A stretch of 64,000 bases of DNA, from assembly GCF_036971445.1 (NCBI RefSeq), contig NC_091477.1, positions 21,638,001 through 21,702,000 of the forward strand, in the 5' to 3' direction. The notes below the pieces were generated by a model. That model was not told the origin of the DNA, made no database searches, and saw only the letters and a list, made by a program, of their open reading frames with translations. Both the position numbers and the translations under genes were made by a program. The DNA is from Narcine bancroftii (Eukaryota). Of this stretch, positions 37,861 through 49,800 are shown one piece after another (the first letter of the stretch is position 1; each line of letters begins with the position of its first letter).

Positions 37861-40800
37861 GTTAGAGAGAGTGTCGAGAGGATGGCACCCGAGTCCGATG
37901 ACTAACCGATTAGCTTTACATTAGTGATTATAGGTTTGTGGCCATGAAAGTCCGTGAGCTAACTGCGTAACGACGTGTGAATAGTGAGCAAATTTCTGGA
38001 ACGGCTGACAGAAGTGAGTCCGTGTCCAAGGATGCCGCTCATCAAGATGTGCTTGTCCAAGGATGCTGCTCATCAAGATGTGCTTGTCCAAGGATGCCTC
38101 TCATCAAGATGTGCTTGTCCAAGGATGTGCTTGCTTGCTTATACAAGGATGCCACTCATCAAGATGTGCTTGTCCAAGAATGTGCTTGCTTGCTTGTCCA
38201 AAGGATGCCGCTCATCAAGATGTGCTTGTCCAAGAATGTGCTTGCTTGCTTGTCCGAGGATGCCACTCATCAAGATGTGCTTGTCCAAGGATGTACTTGC
38301 TTGCTTGTCCAAGGATGCCGCTCATCAAGATGTGCTTGTCCAAGGATGTACTTGCTTGCTTGTCCAAGGATGCCGCTCATCAAGATGTGCTTGTCCAAGG
38401 ATGTGCTTGCTTGCTTGTCCAAGGATGCCGCTCATCAAGATGTGCTTGTCCAAGGATGTGCTTGCTTGCTTGTCCAAGGATGCCGCTCATCAAGATGTGC
38501 TTGTCCAAGGATGTGCTTGCTTGCTTGTCCAAGGATGCTGCTCATCAAGATGTGCTTGTCCAAGGATGCCTCTCATCAAGATGTGCTTGTCCAAGGATGT
38601 GCTTGCTTGCTTATACAAGGATGCCACTCATCAAGATGTGCTTGTCCAAGAATGTGCTTGCTTGCTTGTCCAAGGATGCCGCTCATCAAGATGTGCTTGT
38701 CCAAGGATGTGCTTGCTTGCTTGTCCAAGGATGCCGCTCATCAAGATGTGCTTGTCCAAGGATGTGCTTGCTTGCTTGTCCAAGGATGCCGCTCATCAAG
38801 ATGTGCTTGTCCAAGGATGAGCTTGCTTGCTTGTCCAAGGATGCCGCTCATAAAGATGTGCTTGTCCAAGGATGCCGCTCATAAAGATGTGCTTGTCCAA
38901 GGATGCCGCTCATCAAGACGTGCTTGTCCAAGGATGCCGCTCATCAAGACGTGCTTGTCCAAGGATGCCGCTCATCAAGACGTGCTTGTCCAAGGATGCC
39001 ACTCATCAAGATGTGCTTGTCCAAGGATGTACTTGCTTGCTTGTCCAAGGATGCTGCTCATCAAGATGTGCTTGTCCAAGGATGTACTTGCTTGCTTGTC
39101 CAAGGATGCCGCTCATCAAGATGTGCTTGTCCAAGGATGTGCTTGCTTGCTTGTCCAAGGATGCCGCTCATCAAGATGTGCTTGTCCAAGGATGTACTTG
39201 CTTGCTTGTCCAAGGATGCCGCTCATCAAGATGTGCTTGTCCAAGGATGTGCTTGCTTGCTTGTCCAAGGATGCCGCTCATCAAGATGTGCTTGTCCAAG
39301 GATGAGCTTGCTTGCTTGTCCAAGGATGCCGCTCATCAAGACGTGCTTGTCCAAGGATGCCGCTCATCAAGACGTGCTTGTCCAAGGATGCCGCTCATCA
39401 AGACGTGCTTGTCCAAGGATGCCGCTCATCAAGACGTGCTTGTCCAAGGATGCCGCTCATCAAGACGTGCTTGTCCAAGGATGCCGCTCATCAAGACGTG
39501 CTTGTCCAAGGATGCCGCTCATCAAGACGTGATTGTCCAAGGATGCCGCTCATCAAGACGTGCTTGTCCAAGGATGCCGCTCATCAAGACGTGCTTGTCC
39601 AAGGATGCCGCTCATCAAGACGTGCTTGTCCAAGGATGCCGCTCATCAAGACGTGCTTGTCCAAGGATGCCGCTCATCAAGACGTGCTTGTCCAAGGATG
39701 CCGCTCATCAAGACGTGCTTGTCCAAGGATGCCGCTCATCAAGACGTGCTTGTCCAAGGATGCCGCTCATCAAGACGTGCTTGTCCAAGGATGCCGCTCA
39801 TCAAGACGTGCTTGTCCAAGGATGCCGCTCATCAAGACGTGCTTGTCCAAGGATGCCGCTCATCAAGACGTGCTTGTCCAAGGATGCCGCTCATCAAGAC
39901 GTGCTTGTCCAAGGATGCCGCTCATCAAGACGTGCTTGTCCAAGGATGCCTCTCATCAAGATGTGCTTGTCCAAGGATGTGCTTGCTTGCTTATACAAGG
40001 ATGCCACTCATCAAGATGTGCTTGTCCAAGAATGTGCTTGCTTGCTTGTCCAAGGATGCCGCTCATCAAGATGTGCTTGTCCAAGGATGTGCTTGCTTGC
40101 TTGTCCAAGGATGCCGCTCATCAAGATGTGCTTGTCCAAGGATGTGCTTGCTTGCTTGTCCAAGGATGCCGCTCATCAAGATGTGCTTGTCCAAGGATGA
40201 GCTTGCTTGCTTGTCCAAGGATGCCGCTCATAAAGATGTGCTTGTCCAAGGATGCCGCTCATCAAGACGTGCTTGTCCAAGGATGCCGCTCATCAAGACG
40301 TGCTTGTCCAAGGATGCCGCTCATCAAGACGTGCTTGTCCAAGGATGCCACTCATCAAGATGTGCTTGTCCAAGGATGTACTTGCTTGCTTGTCCAAGGA
40401 TGCTGCTCATCAAGATGTGCTTGTCCAAGGATGTACTTGCTTGCTTGTCCAAGGATGCCGCTCATCAAGATGTGCTTGTCCAAGGATGTGCTTGCTTGCT
40501 TGTCCAAGGATGCCGCTCATCAAGATGTGCTTGTCCAAGGATGTACTTGCTTGCTTGTCCAAGGATGCCGCTCATCAAGATGTGCTTGTCCAAGGATGTG
40601 CTTGCTTGCTTGTCCAAGGATGCCGCTCATCAAGATGTGCTTGTCCAAGGATGAGCTTGCTTGCTTGTCCAAGGATGCCGCTCATCAAGATGTGCTTGTC
40701 CAAGGATGCCGCTCATCAAGACGTGCTTGTCCAAGGATGCCGCTCATCAAGACGTGCTTGTCCAAGGATGCCGCTCATCAAGACGTGCTTGTCCAAGGAT

Positions 40801-43800
40801 GCCGCTCATCAAGACGTGCTTGTCCAAGGATGCCGCTCATCAAGACGTGCTTGTCCAAGGATGCCGCTCATCAAGACGTGATTGTCCAAGGATGCCGCTC
40901 ATCAAGACGTGCTTGTCCAAGGATGCCGCTCATCAAGACGTGCTTGTCCAAGGATGCCGCTCATCAAGACGTGCTTGTCCAAGGATGCCGCTCATCAAGA
41001 CGTGCTTGTCCAAGGATGCCGCTCATCAAGACGTGCTTGTCCAAGGATGCCGCTCATCAAGACGTGCTTGTCCAAGGATGCCGCTCATCAAGACGTGCTT
41101 GTCCAAGGATGCCGCTCATCAAGACGTGCTTGTCCAAGGATGCCGCTCATCAAGACGTGCTTGTCCAAGGATGCCGCTCATCAAGACGTGCTTGTCCAAG
41201 GATGCCGCTCATCAAGACGTGCTTGTCCAAGGATGCCGCTCATCAAGACGTGCTTGTCCAAGGATTCCGCTCATCAAGACGTGCTTGTCCAAGGATGCCG
41301 CTCATCAAGACGTGCTTGTCCAAGGATGCCGCTCATCAAGACGTGCTTGTCCAAGGATGCCGCTCATCAAGACGTGCTTGTCCAAGGATGCCGCTCATCA
41401 AGACGTGCTTGTCCAAGGATGCCGCTCATCAAGACGTGCTTGTCCAAGGATGCCGCTCATCAAGACGTGCTTGTCCAAGGATGCCGCTCATCAAGACGTG
41501 CTTGTCCAAGGATGCCGCTCATCAAGACGTGCTTGTCCAAGGATGCCGCTCATCAAGACGTGCTTGTCCAAGGATGCCGCTCATCAAGACGTGCTTGTCC
41601 AAGGATGCCGCTCATCAAGACGTGCTTGTCCAAGGATGCCGCTCATCAAGACGTGCTTGTCCAAGGATGCCGCTCATCAAGACGTGCTTGTCCAAGGATG
41701 CCGCTCATCAAGACGTGCTTGTCCAAGGATGCCGCTCATCAAGACGTGCTTGTCCAAGGATGCCGCTCATCAAGACGTGCTTGTCCAAGGATGTGCTTGC
41801 TTGCTTGTCCAAGGATACTGCTCATCAAGATGTGCTTGTCCCAGGATGCCTCTCATCAAGATGTGCTTGTCCAAGGATGTGCTTGCTTGCTTATACAAGG
41901 ATGCCACTCATCAAGATGTGCTTGTCCAAGAATGTGCTTGCTTGCTTGTCCAATGATGCCGCTCATCAAGATGTGCTTGTCCAAGGATGTGCTTGCTTGC
42001 TTGTCCGAGGATGCCGCTCATCAAGATGTGCTTGTCCAAGGATGTACTTGCTTGCTTGTCCGAGGATGCCGCTCATCAAGACGTGCTTGTCCAAGGATGT
42101 ACTTGCTTGCTTGTCCGAGGATGCCGCTCATCAAGACGTGCTTGTCCAAGGATGTGCTTGCTTGCTTGTCCAAGGATGCCGCTCATCAAGACGTGCTTGT
42201 CCAAGGATGCCGCTCATCAAGACGTGCTTGTCCAAGGATGCCGCTCATCAAGACGTGCTTGTCCAAGGATGCCGCTCATCAAGACGTGCTTGTCCAAGGA
42301 TGCCGCTCATCAAGACGTGCTTGTCCAAGGATGCCGCTCATCAAGACGTGCTTGTCCAAGGATGCCGCTCATCAAGACGTGCTTGTCCAAGGATGCCGCT
42401 CATCAAGACGTGCTTGTCCAAGGATGCCGTTCATCAAGATGTGCTTGTCCAAGGATGCCGCTCATCAAGATGTGCTTGTCCAACCAAGGATGCCGCTCAT
42501 CAAGATGTGCTTGTCCAAGGATGCCGCTCATCAAGATGTGCTTGTCCAAGGATGCCGCTCATCAAGATGTGCTTGTGCAAGGATGCCGCTCATCAAGATG
42601 TGCTTGTCCAAGGATGCCGCTCATCAAGATGTGCTTGTCCAAGGATGCCGCTCATCAAGATGTGCTTGTCCAAGGATGCCGCTCATCAAGATGTGCTTGT
42701 CCAAGGATGCCGCTCATCAAGATGTGCTTGTCCAAGGATGCCGCTCATCAAGATGTGCTTGTCCAAGGATGCCGCTCATCAAGATGTGCTTGTCCCAGGA
42801 TGCCGCTCATCAAGATGTGCTTGTCCCAGGATGCCGCTCATCAAGATGTGCTTGTCCCAGGATGCCGCTCATCAAGATGTGCTTGTCCCAGGATGCCGCT
42901 CATCAAGATGTGCTTGTCCCAGGATGCCGCTCATCAAGATGTGCTTGTCCCAGGATGCCGCTCATCAAGATGTGCTTGTCCCAGGATGCCGCTCATCAAG
43001 ATGTGCTTGTCCCAGGATGCCGCTCATCAAGATGTGCTTGTCCCAGGATGCCGCTCATCAAGATGTGCTTGTCCCAGGATGCCGCTCATCAAGATGTGCT
43101 TGTCCCAGGATGCCGCTCATCAAGATGTGCTTGTCCCAGGATGCCGCTCATCAAGATGTGCTTGTCCCAGGATGCCGCTCATCAAGATGTGCTTGTCCCA
43201 GGATGCCGCTCATCAAGATGTGCTTGTCCCAGGATGCCGCTCATCAAGATGTGCTTGTCCCAGGATGCCGCTCATCAAGATGTGCTTGTCCCAGGATGCC
43301 GCTCATCAAGATGTGCTTGTCCCAGGATGCCGCTCATCAAGATGTGCTAGTCCCAGGATGCCGCTCATCAAGATGTGCTTGTCCCAGGATGCCGCTCATC
43401 AAGATGTGCTTGTCCCAGGATGCCGCTCATCAAGATGTGCTTGTCCCAGGATGCCGCTCATCAAGATGTGCTTGTCCCAGGATGCCGCTCATCAAGATGT
43501 GCTTGTCCCAGGATGCCGCTCATCAAGATGTGCTTGTCCCAGGATGCCGCTCATCAAGATGTGCTTGTCCCAGGATGCCGCTCATCAAGATGTGCTTGTC
43601 CCAGGATGCCGCTCATCAAGATGTGCTTGTCCCAGGATGCCGCTCATCAAGATGTGCTTGTCCCAGGATGCCGCTCATCAAGATGTGCTTGTCCCAGGAT
43701 GCCGCTCATCAAGATGTGCTTGTCCCAGGATGCCGCTCATCAAGATGTGCTTGTCCCAGGATGCCGCTCATCAAGATGTGCTTGTCCCAGGATGCCGCTC

Positions 43801-46800
43801 ATCAAGATGTGCTAGTCCCAGGATGCCGCTCATCAAGATGTGCTTGTCCAAGGATGCCGCTCATCAAGATGTGCTTGTCCCAGGATGCCGCTCATCAAGA
43901 TGTGCTTGTCCCAGGATGCCGCTCATCAAGATGTGCTTGTCCCAGGATGCCGCTCATCAAGATGTGCTTGTCCCAGGATGCCGCTCATCAAGATGTGCTT
44001 GTCCCAGGATGCCGCTCATCAAGATGTGCTTGTCCCAGGATGCCGCTCATCAAGATGTGCTTGTCCCAGGATGCCGCTCATCAAGATGTGCTTGTCCCAG
44101 GATGCCGCTCATCAAGATGTGCTTGTCCCAGGATGCCGCTCATCAAGATGTGCTTGTCCCAGGATGCCGCTCATCAAGATGTGCTTGTCCCAGGATGCCG
44201 CTCATCAAGATGTGTTAGTCCCAGGATGCCGCTCATCAAGATGTGCTTGTCCCAGGATGCCGCTCATCAAGATGTGCTTGTCCCAGGATGCCGCTCATCA
44301 AGATGTGCTTGTCCCAGGATGCCGCTCATCAAGATGTGCTTGTCCCAGGATGCCGCTCATCAAGATGTGCTTGTCCCAGCATGCCGCTCATCAAGATGTG
44401 CTTGTCCCAGCATGCCGCTCATCAAGATGTGCTTGTCCCAGCATGCCGCTCATCAAGATGTGCTTGTCCCAGCATGCCGCTCATCAAGATGTGCTTGTCC
44501 CAGCATGCCGCTCATCAAGATGTGCTTGTCCCAGGATGTGCTTGCTTTCTTGTCCAAGGATGCCGCTCGTCAGGGTGGGCTTGCCGCTCGTCAGGGTGGG
44601 CTTGCCGCTCGTCAGGGTGGGCTTGCCGCTCGTCAGGGTGGGCTTGCCGCTCGTCAGGGTGGGCTTGCCGCTCGTCAGGGTGGGCTTGCCGCTCGTCAGG
44701 GTGGGCTTGCCGCTCGTCAGGGTGGGCTTGCCGCTCGTCAGGGTGGGCTTGCCGCTCGTCAGGGTGGGCTTGCCGCTCGTCAGGGTGGGCTTGCCTCTCG
44801 TCAGGGTGGGCTTGCCGCTCGTCAGGGTGGGCTTGCCGCTCGTCAGGGTGGGCTTGCCGCTCGTCAGGGTGGGCTTGCCGCTCGTCAGGGTGGGCTTGCC
44901 GCTCGTCAGGGTGGGCTTGCCGCTCGTCAGGGTGGGCTTGCCGCTCGTCAGGGTGGGCTTGCCGCTCGTCAGGGTGGGCTTGCCGCTCGTCAGGGTGGGC
45001 TTGCCGCTCGTCAGGGTGGGCTTGCCGCTCGTCAGGGTGGGCTTGCCGCTCGTCAGGGTGGGCTTGCCGCTCGTCAGGGTGGGCTTGTCGAAGGATGCCA
45101 CTCATCAAGGTGTGCTTGTATGTGGCTGCTCCTCCAATGAGTGAATGTTAAATCCTTGACTTGTGCACAAAGTATATTCGATTACATGACAAAGAAGTGA
45201 AATTTCTCAACAAATATCTATAACTTTTAAATCTCCACATATCCTTGATTTTGTTGGTAAGTTTGTAATAAAAGAACATCTCATTTCCTTATCTGATAAA
45301 TCTTGTAATTTGATACTTTTTTTTAAATAAAATTGATTTCTATGTTGTCGGACATTCCAAATACAGGAGTGGTTTATTGTCAACAACAAAAGTATAGAGG
45401 CATTATTTAGGTAAAGAAGTCCCTGCAGATGCTGGGGTTTAATGGAGTACACAAAAGTGCAGCAGAAACTCAGCAGGTCATGTTCTGTAGATAGTTTGTC
45501 TAGCAAGATGGAGAAAAGGGAGAGTTACCAGAAACGGACCAAGTGAATTTGAAGCCAGCGTGGAAGATGGCAGCAAAGTTGTTAAGTTTCTGGAGAGTTT
45601 GTCTCTTGAAATGAGTTAGAGATCTTTCGGTAGATATTTTGTCTCCCAAAACGTTTCTGCAGATAATTTGACTCCAGAATTTTTTTAGTTTGTCTCCCGA
45701 AATATTTTTTTAAAAAGTCATTATTTACATTTTTTTGGAAAAACCTGTAACAATAAATTTGGTCTACTGGTTCAGCTGCTGGATGCTCTTTAAAAAGAAT
45801 GAATTTTAAACAATCCCAGTTGGTTGTAGGTTTTTTTCTACGGATTATTGCTTTTCAGGGAGTACTTTGGAGATAAAAATGACAGGGTTAAAAAATCAAC
45901 TAAAACAGGATTTGAGGGAAAAAAATTGTAAGTTGTACATGTTATGTTGCTAATTTTAAATTGGAAATTTTAGTTTTAATCAGATTTAGGAAGAAATTAA
46001 TTGAAAGGCCAAAGTTATATTGACTGGGATAGATGTAACTAGAAAGAAGGGTCACACTCCTGTGGATATTTTCTTTTGCTCCTCTACTCCTACGTAGGGC
46101 CTCTGAAATAAAAACAAAAATTACCAGGAATACAGTGAACATGCCAATTCAGAAAGGGCAATGGGTATAGCAGAAGATATTCACTGTTTCAAATAAATGT
46201 CAAATCAATTAAATACATGAAGTGACAAAAATGAGGTCAGTTTGTTTAAAATGCTGAGAGGTAAAGAATCAATACGAAAAAGGATCTGAAAAGCATATAA
46301 AACAAAATCCCCTACCTCCCATCAAAAAAAATCCAAAATCTAAAAAAGAAAACTAAAACTCCAGTGGTCTCCCCAAAAATACCCAAAGGGGAAAAAATTG
46401 TTTCCGTCATATACTTCTCCCATGAGAGCATTGACTGGTTCTATTTTTAAAAAAAATGAAAATTGGTAAAGGCTAGAATTATATAAATTTTCAGGGTAAT
46501 TTACAGAGGAGATTAGAATCAATTTCATTTTAAACTAATTCTGTAATGACTTGGTGTAATGATGGTTTAAAGAATTTTCACAGCATTGCGGGGGCAGACT
46601 CCAGTCATAGCCAGAATTCTTGCTCTAAGCAGTAGAGGTACAAGATCTGAGCATTCACTGTTTAAATGGTTGCTGAGTCTGGTTCCAATAGGGACTAGCT
46701 CTCCTTCATGACTAGGAAAATAGTGTGGAAAGAATGTATGTAGCTTTGATTGAGTAAGGAATTGGGAGAAATTGAAGTTGGGTACTTACATTGGAAATCA

Positions 46801-49800
46801 AGTTGCTCTATAGAATTTTTTTTGCGTTATGATGGCACCATTTAGTACATCTCAATACAATGGAATGCAGGTAACTTTCCTGAAGATTCTGATTTGTATT
46901 TCAAGCAGAAACATTAATTTCATATGTAGAATGACTTTCCAGCAAAGTGCATCTTGTTATTTATGGAGAGTGTGGCAGGTGTCTGATTCTATGCTTTTGG
47001 CGAAGATTTCTGTGTCGTCGGAGGTGACATCTTTTGTCGAAGATGTTAAGACTTCTAATCCAGGGATCTCTCTTGGTATCAAAGATAATATTTCCCAAGT
47101 CAAATTGCTGCGGTAGTACAGCCAAAAAATGCTGGGGCAATTCAGCAAGACAGATAACAACCCTTGGAAAGAAAAATTAACAATCTAAGACTGATCATGA
47201 TATGAATCTGAAAAACCTGCACTAATGAAATGTGCAATAGCAGTATTGTTTCTTGTTCCACAGAAACAAAAGTACAAATACATTATTTGCATCTATAAAA
47301 CCAACTATGGCAATAATTTTATAGTCTGCTTGAGACTCCAGATGATACCTTATTTTGAACAGTAATGTAAAATATTGGAATACCAGTCTGCATATTCCAA
47401 GCGGAATTGGCCACCTGATTTCAGGTAAGACACTAAGGGGATTGGAAGGCTTTATAGTTTGAGATGCTAGTTTGATTTGGTAAAAATTTTCACTCAAAAA
47501 TCTGTTTTCTTGATATATTCTCGAAATGCCACATACAAATAATATATATATAGTATAACAAGATAGAAATATAAGAGTTGGAACTTAATATTGCAGTTAT
47601 ATTAAAAAAAAGTTAGTTTGATCACACTTGAGTTCTATGTGCAGTTCTGGCAGGCCACACTACAGGAAAATGATTGCAATAGAGAGAGTTCAGAAGGGGT
47701 TCACCAGGACATTGCATGAAAAGGGCGGCTACAGTTATAAGAAGTTGGATGGACTAATTCTCACTGGGATGTATGAGGCTGAGAGGTAACCTTATTGATA
47801 TTTACAAAATTCTGAAGGGCATCAATAGTGTAAGTAGTTAAAGGCAGGACAGGAGAGTCTAAAATTAGAGGACACAATTTAAGGTGAGACAGGATCTGAG
47901 GACTAGGTTTTGCACACAGAGGGTGGCAAGTGTTTGGAATGAGAAACCAGAGAAGCTTGTAATGGCAGGTACATGAATAGGAAAGAAATTGGGGAATACT
48001 GGCCTAATGCAGAAATGTGATGTCCCAGACTAGCAATTGGGTTGTTGATTACTGAGAACAACTGAATTGAATCAAATGTAATATGAAAGAATTTAATTTC
48101 ACAAATTTTCAATGAAACAGGAGTGTGAAAAGAAGGTATGAATGCAATTGAGTGAAACCTCTAATTGCAAAACATCTATAATTGTAAAATCGCTTTGATT
48201 GATAGCCATTTAGGAGAATGCAAGAGCTCTTTAAAGTGATACATAAATGCTCATCTGTTTATTTTTAGGAATAGTCTTTGCTCCATATGGTTTGATCTGG
48301 AAGGAGCAAAGAAGATTTTCCCTCTCCACTCTGAGACATTTTGGTTTTGGGAAGCTTGATCTTGAGCCTAAAATTCAAGAGGAACTACAACTTGTGAAGT
48401 CACAGCTTTCCAAAGCAGTCGGGACAGCCTTTTCTCCTTTTCATGTCATTAATAATGCTGTATCTAACATAATTTGCTCAATGTGTCTTGGAAAACGGTT
48501 TGACTATGATGATGAGGAATTTCGAACCATTTTGCATCTGATTGCCCGAGGAATGAAATTGGCATCAAACAGCCCTGCAATGCTTATCAATGTATTTCCT
48601 GTACTTCAGTATTTACCTTTTGGGGCTTTCAAGGAGGTTTCCCAGACAGTAAAGGACGTAACATCATTCCTGAAGAACATCATTGCTGAACATCGAAGAA
48701 CTATGGACCCTGAAAATCCACGCGATTTTGTTGATTTTTATCTAAACGAAATTGACTGTGAAATAACAAAAAAACAAAGCACAAGCTTCAATGAAGATTA
48801 TTTATTTTACATAATTGGTGACCTCTTTGTAGCAGGAACAGATACAACATCCAACACTTTGTTGTGGGCTATTCTCTTAATGGCCTCGTATCCAGAAATT
48901 CAAGGTACTGATTAACCATTTTTAATCAAGATAATAATGTTTGTAAATGTTAAGGTGGAAGGATGATTCCTACATTACAAAAACTATACCCCTACCATAA
49001 TAACAATAGCTATAGATAAACATGGTGATTTCATTGAGGATGTCATTATAAGCCCGCAGCTTTTTTTAAAAAAAACATACAAAACCTTGCCTTTCAACTT
49101 TTGACAAGTGCTCTTTGAAATGGAGGGAGAAAGACATCATTAGCTATCTTTAATTATTCTGGAAATGACTATTCTACTGTTTCAGATTTCCTGTAATTTA
49201 ACTACAGTCTCATCACCAACCTCAGATTTTGCTCTGATAACTTGTCTCTGCAGTCCATGTCAATTTGGCCAGGATTCCATGATTGATTCTGATTAATCAG
49301 GTTTCCCCTCATTCATAGTACTAAAATTATTTTTACTCAAGTCAAAAATTAACCTCTTTTGGGATTGTGATGAAGTTGTTACTGTCCCTCCTTGACCTTT
49401 ACCTGTAATGCAGATTTTAATGCTGACTGTGCAGTTTTCTTCCAATATGTCTTCAAAATTCTCGAGCAGAATAGGATTGTTCTGCACATTCTCCAATCAG
49501 TGGAATCTAAATTTACAGTTAGAAATTTTCTTCCCACTTGTTCGGCATTATGGCGCAGATAGTGTAGCAATTAGCCTTTACAGCAGGGGTTCGAACACTG
49601 AATTCTCTCTAAAGAAATTGTATGTTCTCCCTATGTCCACTTTATCTCTTTTAATAAATTGACCTCCTATAATTAAATGTCAAATTGTTTGCTTACACTT
49701 CTTTAAGGTACAGTACCTAGGGCTGATTTATGACATTTAAGATAATTAGTAAGGTGGCACAGAGTATTGACAGTATGAGTATATATGAGCTGTGATCCAC

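Noticed and set aside
37350-37924. Antisense 167-aa ORF and alternative-frame 189-aa ORF over CYP exon 1
   Set aside because: Shadow ORFs of a GC-rich coding exon.
38023-45086. CRISPR-like appearance of ~30-bp repeats
   Set aside because: Units are head-to-tail with no unique spacers, there are no cas genes, and the context is vertebrate.
37977-45151. Giant ORFs (up to 1942 aa) of Cys-rich repeats
   Set aside because: They arise from a stop-free 31-bp unit whose length is not a multiple of 3, so the same peptide appears in all three frames. The region is an intron whose flanking exons splice in frame without it.
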